NCBI GenBank assembly: GCA_965205265.1
Contig: CBDBGH010000003.1
Coordinates: 4,864,001 to 4,928,000, forward strand
From: Alphaproteobacteria bacterium
GTDB lineage: Bacteria > Pseudomonadota > Alphaproteobacteria > Bin95
Direction: 5' to 3'
Length of the DNA: 64,000 bases
A program made the translations under genes and the position numbers. Below are positions 1 to 12,646 of this stretch, one piece after another. Numbering within the stretch: the stretch's first letter is position 1; each line of letters begins with the position of its first letter. The notes beneath the pieces are model-generated. The model was not told the origin of the DNA and ran no database searches. It saw only the letters and a list, made by a program, of their open reading frames with translations.

Positions 1-1797
<1,797 letters not shown>

Positions 1798-2166
1798 CTA
1801 CTCGGAAAAACGTCACCGTTCGCCCAGCCGACCGACCCCGCCAGAAGGTCCAGGAAAAATTTTTTGAGGCGGCGGCCCGGAACTCCGGTCGGGCTACGCC
1901 CTCCCTCCGTTCCGGGCCGCCGCCTTCCCCCGTCTCATCCTGATTGTCGCCAGCGTCTCAAGCTGATTGTCGCGCCGCAGCTGCCGGCTTTCGGGATACG
2001 CGCGCGGCGCGGCGTGCCACTTTAAGTCAGGCGCAGGGCGCGCGATTGGTCCATCGATTCACCGGCTTGCACGAAGCGCCTCTCGATTTCCCACAGAAAT
2101 TCCGAACGCCTCTGAGACATCCCCCTATCTCCTTCGCGCGCGCCCCAGCCTGCACCCGCCGCGTCT

Positions 2167-2811
2167 TCAGCGCTGCCCTTTCCGCCATTCCCATGGCGGG
2201 ACAACCTCACCGCGCCAGATTCCGCGCCGGGCGGCGCGCGCCCCGCGCTCGTCGCCAACATACCGCTCGGAATACCGTCGGTAAGCGAAGGCGTGCCCCT
2301 GGCGGACCATCCAGCGGCTAATGTCTATCCCGCCGCTCCGGCATACCGCCACAATGCGTCCGTAACGGTCACGGTCCTGTTCCCGGCAGGACGCCCATCG
2401 GCCGCCAACCCGCCCGGCAAGAGCTTTCGTGGCGGCGCGCCCGCAGGGATTCCCGATACCACCGACCCGGCAGTCCTGTCCCTGCTCCGGCGCATCTATC
2501 CCGAACAGCCTCACCCTTTGGCCGGAAACCTCTATCGTGTCTCCGTCGATAACCCTGACCCGGCCCTCCAGCAGCCGACCTCCTGCCGGCGTCGATCCGG
2601 CCCCCCTGCCTATCTGAACCCCGACCGGCTTGAGATATTGTCCGGTCCCTGCCGCCAGGGCCTGGATATCCCGGTACGCCTCCCGCAGCACAGAGGACGG
2701 CGGGAGGCGCGCCGTCATGGCCGCCACTCCGACGGCCACACACAGGACAATCATCACCCGGACCCGGCGCCGGCGCGCCGAAAAACGGCGGAACCTACGC
2801 CGCCTCCTCAC
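2167..2811 (-). CDS. Thermonuclease (SNase-family) with N-terminal membrane anchor
   Basis: VIDGDTIEV...VRLFGIDAPE...DRDRYGRIVA...MVRQGHA...ARAARRGIW. Confidence 0.9.
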   Translation of the reverse strand: MRRRRRFRRFSARRRRVRVMIVLCVAVGVAAMTARLPPSSVLREAYRDIQALAAGTGQYLKPVGVQIGRGAGSTPAGGRLLEGRVRVIDGDTIEVSGQRVRLFGIDAPEQGQDCRVGGIGNPCGRAATKALAGRVGGRWASCREQDRDRYGRIVAVCRSGGIDISRWMVRQGHAFAYRRYSERYVGDERGARAARRGIWRGEVVPPWEWRKGQR

Positions 2812-3850
2812 AGGGGTCCTTCAGATTCCGGTTGTAATTGGCGGCCACATTCGTCGCCCATTCCTCAAGGCCGACGCGGTCGCATTCCCGGGCCAGGGCC
2901 TCAATGCCGGCGCGCAGTTCGCGGTCGCCCTTCAGCATGTTGAACGCCTTGCTCTCGGCATATCCCACCGTCGTGTGGTCGCGTCCGAAAAACCGTGCGA
3001 TCTGTGTCTGTGTCTGATGCGTGACCCGGCGCAGGAGATGAAACGTCGTTATGCGGGAAAAGACCACCACGCTTTGCCGTGACTGGCTCATCATTTCCTC
3101 GACCGAAACCCCATGCCACTTGGAAGACACCCGCAATACCATGGCCGAAGACGGAACCGTGCCATACGGCTTGGTCCTCAGCCGTCCCCGGCGCACCGCC
3201 GCCGGAATGCCCCTCAGCGACTTGACCGTCTCGTGGAGCACCTGCCGGTCCACCAGACCCGGCGGCGGTGTCCTGAAACGGCGATCCAGAACCTCAGTGA
3301 CATGACGGCGCTCCGACGTCGTGAACTGACAGTAAAGGCACTCCAGAAGCCCCTTGCAGGGATCGTAGATCTCGAGCACCCGTCTGGCCGACATCCTCTC
3401 TCCGGCCTCGCGCCGTTGGTCCAGCTCGGAATAGAACCGGAGCAGGGGATTGTCTCTGGCGATCAATTCCACACCGTCCAGGTCGGGCCAGCGGCGAATC
3501 CCGTCAAGCTCCGGAGATGACGGACCCGAACGCCTGAACGTGTCCCCGCGCGGCGCCGCCGTCAGTATGACCCGGATATCGCCATGCTCGACGCCGAGCG
3601 CCCTGGCAACCATCTTCTCGAGGGTGGGCAGCCAGTAGGCGCGGATCCACGCGGCATGGGGCGCGGGCGCCCTTACCGTGACCACGCTCCGACGCCCGGA
3701 GGGTTCTATCGAAAGGGAGTTCCGTCCCAGGCGCGCGAACCACTCGTCCATTCCGCCCTGTTCGGCGGACAGACGCCCGCGCAGACGCGCGGCAATCTCA
3801 TCGACGCACGCGCTGACGCGTTCCGGATCCCATGCCAAAGACGACGCCAT
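2795..3850 (-). CDS. DnaA-like protein with domain-I-like N-terminus and domain-IV HTH, no Walker A
   Basis: C-terminal VSVEEMMSQSRQSVVVFSR...TQTQIARFFGRDHTTVGYA matches the DnaA domain IV signature; N-terminal VTVRAPAPHAAWIRAYW resembles domain I. Confidence 0.7.
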   Translation of the reverse strand: MASSLAWDPERVSACVDEIAARLRGRLSAEQGGMDEWFARLGRNSLSIEPSGRRSVVTVRAPAPHAAWIRAYWLPTLEKMVARALGVEHGDIRVILTAAPRGDTFRRSGPSSPELDGIRRWPDLDGVELIARDNPLLRFYSELDQRREAGERMSARRVLEIYDPCKGLLECLYCQFTTSERRHVTEVLDRRFRTPPPGLVDRQVLHETVKSLRGIPAAVRRGRLRTKPYGTVPSSAMVLRVSSKWHGVSVEEMMSQSRQSVVVFSRITTFHLLRRVTHQTQTQIARFFGRDHTTVGYAESKAFNMLKGDRELRAGIEALARECDRVGLEEWATNVAANYNRNLKDPCEEAA

Positions 3851-4657
3851 CGAGATCTGATTCTATCCACAATCACGCCCGGCGTCACTATACGCGAGAC
3901 GTTTCGTTTTGCCACGCATAGATATGCGGCGCGGCAATAGCGTCGCCGCGTTTCGTTTTTTCAGAAATCCCGGCTACCTGTAGCCTTCCGCCTGTTGCCC
4001 GCTTCGAGGCCGCCATGCCCCGACCCGATGCCGATGCCTATCGGCGGTTCGACCGCCAGCTCCGCGCCGCCGGACGTGCCGATCTCGACGGGCCCGCCGA
4101 CATCCGGGGTCTCTCCAGCGCCATTCTCGAAACCATCGCGGCCTTGCCGCAGGCCGACCTCATCCCCGAACACCGGCGCATCGACTGGATGGAACGAACC
4201 GCCAGCGCCGAACTGCAACGTCACTCCGAGGTCACCGGCAAGCGCCTCGATCTTCCGGATCTGCTTCCCATCATGCTCTGGCACGTCCGGCGGCTGTCGG
4301 GCATAGGCGGCTCCGACGCCGGAACGATCCTTCTGGGCAGCCGGGGCCTGCCGGGCTCGTTTACGACAGCGCGGAATATAGCCGCGCAGAAACTGCTCAT
4401 CGCCGCTCCCGACCCCGGCAACGAGTTCACGCAGCGCGGGGCCCGCGCCGAACCCTGGCTCCGACGCATACTCATGGAACAGACCGGCGCAGACACATCC
4501 GCCGACAGCCTCGAGACGCTGCGCGATTTTCGCGACGACAGCACACCCTGGCGGATCGGAACGCCTGACGACTTTCTGCTCTCATCCGGCCCGCTGCCGG
4601 GATTCGCCCCGGCCGCCCGGCATATCATGATCGACTACAAATCCCCCTCCGAAGAAG

Positions 4658-4749
4658 AATTCAGGAAGCTCGCCACCCACGGGATCGGCCTCGAATACGC
4701 CTCGCAGCTCAGCCATTACGAGGCGATCGCCCGGGATGCCGGCGTGACC
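4658..4749 (+). repeat. 92-bp target-site duplication, left copy (right copy 6666-6757)
   Basis: AATTCAGGAAGCTCGCC...GCCGGCGTGACC is identical on both sides of the IS. Confidence 0.95.
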
Positions 4750-6665
4750 CCTGACTTCGACGGTTGGGCTGACTTCTGACCGATCTCGCGTCTGGAGTTT
4801 TCAGTAAAGCCAATGAGTTGGCAGTTGCGGTGCGGTCAAGCTGCGTTGTAGTGCCTAGTAAATCTTTGAGACTGTCAATGCCTCCGCCACGCGCTACACT
4901 CCCCCCATGTTCGTGCGCATCAAGACCTCCCCCAACAGCCCGCGACGCTCGGTCCAGATCGTCGAGGCCGTGCGCGACGGCGGCAAGGTCCGACAGCGCA
5001 TCGTCCGCCATGTCGGCGTGGCCATGGACGAGGACGAGCTCGAGCGCCTGAGGCAGCTCGGCGAGTACGTCAAGGCGAAGCTGGAGGACGAGCGTCAGCC
5101 GGCATTGTTTGCGCCCGAGAAGATCGCTGAGCAGGCGATCCGTGTCGGCCGCCGGGGGGACGGCAAGGAGGAACTCCCGGTCGACCTCAAGCAGCTTGAA
5201 GAGGAGCAGCGCCTGATCACAGGCATCCACGAGGTCTATGGCGAGATCTACCGGCTGCTGGGCCTCGACGCGCTGCTGCCGCGCTCGCGCTACCGGGCCT
5301 CCCATGACGCGCTGTTCCATGTGGTGATGGCGCGGGTAGCCAACCCCGACAGCAAGCGGGGCAGCGTGCGCCGGCTCGAGGAGGACTTCGGCGTGAGTCT
5401 TCCGCTCGAGAAGGTCTACCGGATGATGGATCAGCTCGACGCGACGGTGATCGAGCGACTGCGCACGCGCGTCGGCGAGGCGAGCCGGTCGCTGCTGCCG
5501 GAGCCGGTCGCGATCCTCTTCTTCGATTGCACCACGCTCTACTTCGAGACGGCCGCCGAGGACGAGCTTCGCCAGCACGGCTTCAGCAAGGACGGCAAAC
5601 ACAAGGACTCGCAGGTTCTGCTGGCGCTGATGGTGACGCGCGAAGGGCTGCCGATCAGCTACGAGGTCTTCCCCGGCGCCACCTACGAGGGACACAGCAT
5701 GGTCCCGGTCCTGCAGGACATGCAGCGCCGCCACCAGGTGGAGCGCACGGTATGCGTGGCCGACCGGGGCATGCTGAGCGCCGACAACCTCGACGCCATG
5801 GACGCCATCGGCGGCGAGTATGTCGTCGGCGCGCGGCTGCGCAAGCTGCCGCTCGCGCTGCTGGGGCAGGTTCTCGACCCCGGGACCTATGCCCCGCTGG
5901 AGGGCTCACAGGACCGCCGGGTCGGCGAGTGGGAGTACAAGGGCCGTCGCCTGATCGTCGTCTTCTGCCCCCAGCGCGCACGCAAGGACGCGCACGAGCG
6001 CCGCCATCAGGTGGAACGCCTGCTCGACAGGCTGGCCCGCAGCGACAATCCCAGGGAACTGCTCTCCAATCACGGGGCGAAGCGCTTCATCGCCGTCGAG
6101 GGCGACGCACGGCTCACGGTGAACCCGGAGAAGATCGCCGAGGCCGCACGATGGGACGGGCTCACCGGCGTCATCACCAATCTGCGCGACGCGCGCGTCA
6201 CCGAAGTGATGGCTCACTACCAGGGGCTCTGGCAGGTCGAGGAGAGCTTCCGGATCACCAAACACGACCTGAAGATACGTCCCATCTGGCACTGGAACCC
6301 GGACCGGATCCGCGCTCACATCGCCATCGCCTTCCTGGCCTTCGCCTGCGTTCGACACCTTGCGTACCGCGTCGCCATCCAGAAGCGGCGGATGTCCCCG
6401 GAGGTCATCCGCTCCGCCCTCGTCCACCGCCAGTGCTCCCTGCTGCGCTGTCGGCAATCGGGCAACCGCTACGTCATCCCCTCGAAGCCGACACCGGCGG
6501 CGGAGCAGATTTACGCAACCATGGGGCTGCCCCTGACGATCACCCCGTATCAACTCGCCTGACCGTCGACGAAGCACGGCTCGAAGAAATGCCGGATGTA
6601 GTGCCTAGCCGAAATGAGAACCAGGCAATATCAACTACTTATGCGAATCAACCGTCGAAGTCAGG
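4750..6665 (+). mobile_element. IS1634-family element copy 1 (1916 bp)
   Basis: Terminal inverted repeats CCTGACTTCGACGGTT / AACCGTCGAAGTCAGG; flanked by a 92-bp direct repeat. Confidence 0.95.
4907..6562 (+). CDS. IS1634-family DDE transposase
   Basis: 551 aa; FFDCTTLYFE, GFSKDGK, VADRGM, WQVEESFRITKHDLKIRPIWH motifs. Confidence 0.95.
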   Translation: MFVRIKTSPNSPRRSVQIVEAVRDGGKVRQRIVRHVGVAMDEDELERLRQLGEYVKAKLEDERQPALFAPEKIAEQAIRVGRRGDGKEELPVDLKQLEEEQRLITGIHEVYGEIYRLLGLDALLPRSRYRASHDALFHVVMARVANPDSKRGSVRRLEEDFGVSLPLEKVYRMMDQLDATVIERLRTRVGEASRSLLPEPVAILFFDCTTLYFETAAEDELRQHGFSKDGKHKDSQVLLALMVTREGLPISYEVFPGATYEGHSMVPVLQDMQRRHQVERTVCVADRGMLSADNLDAMDAIGGEYVVGARLRKLPLALLGQVLDPGTYAPLEGSQDRRVGEWEYKGRRLIVVFCPQRARKDAHERRHQVERLLDRLARSDNPRELLSNHGAKRFIAVEGDARLTVNPEKIAEAARWDGLTGVITNLRDARVTEVMAHYQGLWQVEESFRITKHDLKIRPIWHWNPDRIRAHIAIAFLAFACVRHLAYRVAIQKRRMSPEVIRSALVHRQCSLLRCRQSGNRYVIPSKPTPAAEQIYATMGLPLTITPYQLA

Positions 6666-7585
6666 AATTCAGGAAGCTCGCCACCCACGGGATCGGCCTC
6701 GAATACGCCTCGCAGCTCAGCCATTACGAGGCGATCGCCCGGGATGCCGGCGTGACCGTCCACGCCGTTGCCCTCGCCGCTTTCGACTCCCGGTCCTTTC
6801 GCGTCGAACTCATCCCCCACGAAGAGGAGCCGACGCTGGCTGAGGAGTTGCGGAAGGCGTGCGCCTCCTTCTGGGACGATTTCGTCCTCAAGGGCCGCCT
6901 GCCGCCGCGCCTGCCCGAGGACCTCCCCCTCGAACCGACGCCAATGGCAGAAGCCACGGTGTTCCGTCTGGCGGCCCTGAAAGCCGTCATGGACGCCCTG
7001 GAAAACGCACGGCAAGCCATGACCGAGGACCTGCAGGACCTTTATGCAGGAACCACGGGCGCACTCGCCACCGGGCTCGCCACCTACTCGCGCAAACGCT
7101 CCTGGGACGCCGACACCCTTCGGGCGCTGGCAGGAACGGCCAGCATCGACATCGGTGAACACACCGTGCTCTCCGGCAGTCCCGACCAGGCCCAGTCCAC
7201 CGCCTTCCTCGAGCGGATCGCGGGAACCTTGCGCCGCGGGGACCGCGATGGTCTGAGAGCCCTCCTGACCACCCTCCGCAACGACGGGATGCCCGAAGCC
7301 CGGTCGCTCGACACCGACTCCCTCGCCAGGGCCTTGCATGAAGCCGGCATAGAAACCTCTCCCGCCGAAAGAGAGAGCGTCCGTTTCGCGCTCTCCCGGC
7401 GCCGGGTCCATAGCGAGGCACTCGGCGAATTGCGGCTTGACGCCGAACGGGTGCGCGAGGGTGTCTGCGAGTATCTGGACGAGATGGCCGAGGGCGCGCT
7501 CGCGCCGGCCGAAGAGGCCGAGAACCATCTCGCGCCGACCTGACCCCCCTTCCACGCCAACCGTCCCCAAGGAGTCTCGACAGAC

Positions 7586-8437
7586 ATGCTTCCCAAAGCC
7601 ACAGCGGAACAGGTGGTGGACCAGTACGAAAGGGGGCGCCGTAATTTCAGGCGTCTGGACTTCTCCGGAGAGGATTTCACGCGGGATTACCTGGAAGGCG
7701 TCGATTTCAGCGAATGCCGACTGGACGGCGCAACCTTGATAGGGGCCCATCTCGTTGGCTGCCGGTTTACCGGGGCGAGGGCCTTGCGTGCGGACTTCAC
7801 CGGCGCCCGCCTGACGAGTTCCAATCTCGACCGGCTCGTTGCCGGAGGCGCGGACTTCTCGACAGCCGATCTGAACGGCTGCTCTATCAATGACGCCTCC
7901 CTGCGCCGTGCCGACTTTCTCGGCGCCCAACTGCAGGACGCCTCGCTCCGCTCGCTCAACGCCCCCGGCGCCGACTTTACCGGCGCCCGCCTCGAACGGG
8001 CCGATCTGACCGATGCAATGCTGCACCGGTGCCTCTTCCGGGAGGTCCTTCTCTACGAAACGAAAATGCTGGCCGTCGAGGCGAACGGGGCGGATTTCAG
8101 CGGCGCGTCGGTCTGGAGGACGGATTTCGGCATGGCGCAGCTCGTGCGCTGCGATTTCCAGGACGCAACAAGCTGGAAAGCCCATTTCCGGGATGCCCAG
8201 ACGGCCAACCACGGAGCCCCGAATTTCCGCGGCACCTTCATCAACCACAGCATTCTGAGCAACGCGGTCTTCCGCGACGCGGATTTCTCGGAGGCCGTCA
8301 TCCTGCATTCGGATTTCTCCGGGGCCGACCTGCGCGGGGCCCTGTTCGACGATGTCACCATCGAACATGCCGGCATGGAGGGAAGCCTGCGTGGGCCTTC
8401 GGAGCCTCATGAAGCGGGCGTGCCCGATCCCGGCTGA
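7586..8437 (+). CDS. Pentapeptide-repeat protein
   Basis: YERGRRNF N-cap, ADFxx repeats, tail EAGVPDPG. Confidence 0.95.
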   Translation: MLPKATAEQVVDQYERGRRNFRRLDFSGEDFTRDYLEGVDFSECRLDGATLIGAHLVGCRFTGARALRADFTGARLTSSNLDRLVAGGADFSTADLNGCSINDASLRRADFLGAQLQDASLRSLNAPGADFTGARLERADLTDAMLHRCLFREVLLYETKMLAVEANGADFSGASVWRTDFGMAQLVRCDFQDATSWKAHFRDAQTANHGAPNFRGTFINHSILSNAVFRDADFSEAVILHSDFSGADLRGALFDDVTIEHAGMEGSLRGPSEPHEAGVPDPG

Positions 8438-8822
8438 CCGCCGGGCGCCCGGGCTCCGGTTCTGGCCGCTTGCGCTTCTGTGGCTGCCGGCCGGGGTGGC
8501 GGCAACGGCGCTGGTCCGCTTCGGAGCGGACGGCCGGGCAGAGGGAGATCCCGGGACGGGACTTGCGGCAATACCGGTGATGCTGGGGTCCCTGCTGCCG
8601 CTCGCGCCTTGCGGCCTGCCGCTGGCGCTCGGGTGCCGCCAGCTTTGGCGGCTCGGCTATCGAGCCGCCGCCTGGGTAGCCGGCTTCGGGCTCGGCGCGG
8701 TCACCGTTGCGGCCGCGCTGCCGGCAGGACTGCTCGGGCCCGTCATGATCGCGGTCCATGCGGCGACGCTCAGTGTGCCGGTGTGGATCGCCTGCGTCTG
8801 GATCATCGTCCGCCGGAAGTGA
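8409..8822 (+). CDS. Small multi-TM membrane protein
   Basis: About 4 hydrophobic segments; start codon uncertain. Confidence 0.6.
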   Translation: MKRACPIPADRRAPGLRFWPLALLWLPAGVAATALVRFGADGRAEGDPGTGLAAIPVMLGSLLPLAPCGLPLALGCRQLWRLGYRAAAWVAGFGLGAVTVAAALPAGLLGPVMIAVHAATLSVPVWIACVWIIVRRK

Positions 8823-8899
8823 GCCCGAGCCCGGGGCCCGCTTCGGCCGGGAACAATATCCGCCCCGAGCGCACCGACCGATTTCTCTCCGCCTTCCGG

Positions 8900-8944
8900 T
8901 TATCCGATTGCCGCCAAAAGCGGATTGTCAGGACAATCCGGCTG
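8900..8944. promoter_or_regulatory. 17-bp-period operator-like array, site A
   Basis: TTATCCGATTG-N6-AAAGCGGATTG-N6-CAATCCGGCTG upstream of the gene at 9026. Confidence 0.65.
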
Positions 8945-9025
8945 GGGCTGTTTCCCGATTTCACGGCCTCCCTCCATACTTCCGGCGACCACGGGACATC
9001 CGACAACCGGAAGGCCGCAAAGGCG

Positions 9026-9880
9026 ATGCACGCACCAGCCTCCAGAGTGGACGAAATACTCGACCGCCTGAACCGTCAGGCCCACCGTTCATTCCGGGGT
9101 TTCGACCTCACTGGCCTGGATTTCGGCGACGCGCATCTCGCCGGCATAGACCTGACCGACGCCAGGCTCGACGGCGCGGACTTCTCGGGCGCCGATCTCA
9201 CCGGGGCCACCCTGGCCAACGCCTCGGCAGCCGACGCCCGCTTTATCGGCGCCAGGATGGAAGGGGGCGACCTGAGCGGCATCAACGCTTGCGGCTCAAA
9301 TTTCAGGGAGGCAGTCCTGACTGCCGCAAACCTCTTTCAGGCTCGACTGAAGCGGGCCTGCTTCGAGAACGCCCGGCTGGACCAGGCCTCGCTCGTCTGT
9401 GCCGATGCCGCGGGCGCGGACTTCTCCTTTGCCCATCTCAGGGGGGCCGTTCTGGCCGAAGCCGGGTTGGACCGCTGCTCCTTCAACACCGCCGACCTCA
9501 GGGAGGCCCGGCTTACGGCAATCCAGGCCAGGGGCGCGGATTTTCACGCCGCCTCGATCTGGAGGGCCGATTTCGCTCTCGCGCAGCTCGTACAGTGTTC
9601 ATTCACATCCGCAACGACCCGGAACGAGGATATCCTCCCCTCCGGTCCCCAGGCCCACGGCGCGGACTTCCGGGGGACGGTCATCAACCACTCCACATTG
9701 ATAAACGCGGACCTGCGCGGCGCGGGCTTCGTCGAGAGCTTCATCCTCCATTCGAGCCTGGTGGCCGCCGACCTGCGCGGCGCCGTGTTCGACGACACGA
9801 CGATCGAGAACACGGACATGGAACACGCCCTGAAGGGCCCGTTCGGGACAGAGCCTGCGGACGTGCCGGACCTCGGATGA
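9026..9880 (+). CDS. Pentapeptide-repeat protein (paralog of 7586-8437)
   Basis: Pentapeptide repeats; shares the FRGTxINHS and ILHS segments with the upstream paralog; tail EPADVPDLG. Confidence 0.92.
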   Translation: MHAPASRVDEILDRLNRQAHRSFRGFDLTGLDFGDAHLAGIDLTDARLDGADFSGADLTGATLANASAADARFIGARMEGGDLSGINACGSNFREAVLTAANLFQARLKRACFENARLDQASLVCADAAGADFSFAHLRGAVLAEAGLDRCSFNTADLREARLTAIQARGADFHAASIWRADFALAQLVQCSFTSATTRNEDILPSGPQAHGADFRGTVINHSTLINADLRGAGFVESFILHSSLVAADLRGAVFDDTTIENTDMEHALKGPFGTEPADVPDLG

Positions 9881-9937
9881 TCCCCTTCATACGGGCTACC
9901 CAAGAACGGAAGGGAAGGGCACGCCCACATTGGCTAC

Positions 9938-9982
9938 CACAATGATTGCCAATACAATCCGATTGTATAGACAATCGAATTG
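9938..9982. promoter_or_regulatory. Operator-like array, site B
   Basis: CACAATGATTG-N6-CAATCCGATTG-N6-CAATCGAATTG. Confidence 0.75.
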
Positions 9983-10053
9983 TGCCAGAGAGGCACAATG
10001 AGCGCCCACGACAACATGACGCGCGAGCAACCGGAACAGGTGAACCTAACCCC

Positions 10054-10629
10054 ATGAATAACCCGGACAATATCCCGACGGTCATCGCGCCCGCGCGCAT
10101 CTGGGCTGCGATGCATGTGCTGGTGGCACAGATATGCGAGGAATCGGAAAAGGTGCCCCCCGAGATGCATGACAGGGCCCGCGACATCCTCGACGAACTT
10201 CTTGACGATCACGTCCCCGACCCCCTCTGCCCGGGTTGGATATGGACCGACCGGCTTCGCCGCGCCGAACGGTTTACCCACTGGGACGACGCCGATGAGG
10301 CTCGCGACAGCATGCCGAACGCAACCTACGAGCCCCCGGTGCCGCATATCGACGAGACGCCGGAAGGCGAGTGGCTGGTGTGGACCTTCGTCCACGGGCG
10401 GCGCGTCTGGATTGCGCCGGACCTGAACCGGAAGCTCGAGTTGCTCCAGGCCACCATGGAGAAAGCCGGAGCCGATGTTGCCCAGGCCCGGCGCCTTCTT
10501 CAGGACTCGGAAAACCGTTACCGCCATGCCTGCGACGCTGTCGCCGTGCAAACGGCTGCGAACGCGAGACTGGCGGCCGAAGAAACCGCTGTGGGGGACA
10601 ATCCTGACGACGACCTGCCGGCGCCGTGA
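10054..10629 (+). CDS. Hypothetical protein with C-terminal coiled coil
   Basis: Natural-looking ORF behind site B; tail DNPDDDLPAP. Confidence 0.7.
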   Translation: MNNPDNIPTVIAPARIWAAMHVLVAQICEESEKVPPEMHDRARDILDELLDDHVPDPLCPGWIWTDRLRRAERFTHWDDADEARDSMPNATYEPPVPHIDETPEGEWLVWTFVHGRRVWIAPDLNRKLELLQATMEKAGADVAQARRLLQDSENRYRHACDAVAVQTAANARLAAEETAVGDNPDDDLPAP

Positions 10630-10642
10630 ATTCTCCCCGGAG

Positions 10643-12517
10643 CTAGTCCATGTAGCTGCGGAGCTTCCGCGACCTGGACGGGTGCTTGAGCTTCCGGAGC
10701 GCCTTTGCCTCGATCTGCCGGATGCGCTCGCGGGTGACGCCGAAGGTCTGTCCGACTTCCTCCAGCGTGTGATCGCTCTGCATGCCGATCCCGAAACGCA
10801 TCCGGACAATACGCTCCTCCCGGGCCGTCAAGGTCGCCAGCGCCCCGGTCGTGCTGACCCGCAGGGAGCTCTGGATGGCTACATCGACAGGCTGGACCGC
10901 GTTGACGTCCTCGATCATGTCGCCGAGCATGCCACCGTCGTTTTCGGCGCCGATCGGCATCTCCAGGCTCACGGGTTCCTTCGCCACCTTCATCGCCTTG
11001 CGGACCCGGTCGACCGGCATCTGAAGGCGCTCCGCCAGCTCCTCGTAGCTCGGCTCCCGGCCGAGTTCGTGAACCATCTGCTGGCTGACGCGCCTCACCT
11101 TGGTGATGGACTCCACCATGTGGACCGGCACCCGGATGGTGCGGGCCTGGTCGGCGATCGACCGCGTGATGGCCTGACGGATCCACCAGGTGGCGTAGGT
11201 CGAGAACTTGTAGCCGCGGCGGTACTCGAACTTGTCCACCGCCTTCATCAGTCCGATATTGCCTTCCTGGATCAGGTCCAGGAATTGCAGGCCGCGATTG
11301 GTGTATTTCTTCGCGATCGAGATCACCAGCCTGAGATTGGCCTCGACCATCTCCTTCTTCGCCCGGGCCGCGTCACGGTCGCCTGCCTTGACCAGGACAA
11401 GAACCTCCCGGAACTCGTCGGGCAGCATGCCGGTTTCCTGGCACAGCTCGCCGAAACGCTGGCGGGCCGCACGGATGTCCTCGCGGAAACGGCTCGAGAA
11501 CGCCTTCCAGTCTTTCCGCTGACAGATGCTGCGCATCCAGCCACGGTCGAGTTCACGTCCCCGCCAGCCCTCGAGGAAGACCTCTCGCGGCATCTTCGCG
11601 CGCCGCGCGCAGCGCAGAAGGCGACTTTCCAGGCCGACGATCTCGCGCTGCGCATCGTACAGCGCGTCGCGCATCTCCTCGACGCGAACATCGAGCAGCC
11701 TGAGTTCCCGCATGGCCAGCGCCATTTCCTGCGTGATCTCACGCCAGGTGCGCAACTGGCGCGAGGAAGGCCCTTCGCCGCCGCACGCCTTCTCGAAGCG
11801 CATGGCGCGGATCCTGGCGAGCCTCGCCTCGAGGCGCGCAATCCGGTCCATGACCTCCAGGACGTGCGGTTTCAATTCCGTTTCGGTAGCCGCCAGGGAA
11901 CGGACCGCGTTGTCGTTCGCCCCATCCCCGTCCGGCATGTCGTCCGACATGTCGTCATCGTCGGCGGCGTCCGCGGATTTCCCGAAAACCTGGACCCAGG
12001 TGGCATCGAGACTCACCACCTCGCGCAGCAGCATCTCGTTGGCGTTCAGACGGTCCCTGAACCGGAGAATCCCGGCAATCGCCAGCGGGGTCGCGCAAAT
12101 CGCGCGGACCATCTTGGTCCGCCCGGCCTCGATCCGCTTGGCGACAGCGATCTCTCCCTCACGGGAGAGCAGTTCGACTTCGCCCATTTCTCGCATATAG
12201 AGGCGGACCGGGTCATCCGTCCGTGACGCCGTCTCGTCATCGACGTTTCCGGACCGCTTGACTTCCGCCAGACCTGACTCCGAAGAGGTCCCGGATATGC
12301 CGTCCTCGTCCTCGACAACCTCGATCCCCAGCTCGGCCAGGGCGGTCATCATGTCCTCGATCTGGTCGGACGATACGCGGTCCGAGGGCAGGGCGGCATT
12401 CAATTCCCCATAGGAGACCTGACCGGTCTCCCTGCCTTTCTCCACCAAGGCTTTCATGGCCTCTTCCGGAGACACGCCAGGCTCCCGATCCTGTACGCGT
12501 TCCGTTGCATTCGCCAT
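10643..12517 (-). CDS. rpoD: RNA polymerase sigma-70 factor, RpoD-like
   Basis: Region 1.1, [79 protein letters not shown]. Confidence 0.97.
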   Translation of the reverse strand: MANATERVQDREPGVSPEEAMKALVEKGRETGQVSYGELNAALPSDRVSSDQIEDMMTALAELGIEVVEDEDGISGTSSESGLAEVKRSGNVDDETASRTDDPVRLYMREMGEVELLSREGEIAVAKRIEAGRTKMVRAICATPLAIAGILRFRDRLNANEMLLREVVSLDATWVQVFGKSADAADDDDMSDDMPDGDGANDNAVRSLAATETELKPHVLEVMDRIARLEARLARIRAMRFEKACGGEGPSSRQLRTWREITQEMALAMRELRLLDVRVEEMRDALYDAQREIVGLESRLLRCARRAKMPREVFLEGWRGRELDRGWMRSICQRKDWKAFSSRFREDIRAARQRFGELCQETGMLPDEFREVLVLVKAGDRDAARAKKEMVEANLRLVISIAKKYTNRGLQFLDLIQEGNIGLMKAVDKFEYRRGYKFSTYATWWIRQAITRSIADQARTIRVPVHMVESITKVRRVSQQMVHELGREPSYEELAERLQMPVDRVRKAMKVAKEPVSLEMPIGAENDGGMLGDMIEDVNAVQPVDVAIQSSLRVSTTGALATLTAREERIVRMRFGIGMQSDHTLEEVGQTFGVTRERIRQIEAKALRKLKHPSRSRKLRSYMD

Positions 12518-12646
12518 TCGCGCGTCTCCCGTGATCTCCCGATTGTCCCCGGTTATCGAAAATGGTCACCGGCGGCTGCCGGGTCAACGCATCCTTCCTA
12601 TTTTCACGGCCAGCCTGCATTCTGGGGCTCCAGGAAGGAGGGAACA

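Larger units (their letters stand above)
4015..7543 (+). pseudogene. YqaJ/lambda-exonuclease-like nuclease interrupted by IS1634 copy 1
   Basis: RRLSGIGGSDAG, GTPD...IDYKSP and YASQLSHY motifs. Joining 4015-4749 to 6758-7543 restores one 506-aa frame. Confidence 0.8.

Noticed and set aside
4847-4858. TGTAGTGCCTAG present near both ends of the IS1634 element
   Set aside because: Probably an ordinary subterminal transposase-binding repeat and part of the IS.
5527-6843. Arg-rich 438-472 aa ORFs repeated at each IS1634 copy
   Set aside because: Alternative frame of the transposase; they recur only because the IS is repeated.
12535-12562. Possible ninth operator site upstream of rpoD (TCTCCCGATTG); a similar single unit near 19370
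   Set aside because: Only one reasonable unit and no good second unit in 17-bp phase; not counted without a PWM scan.
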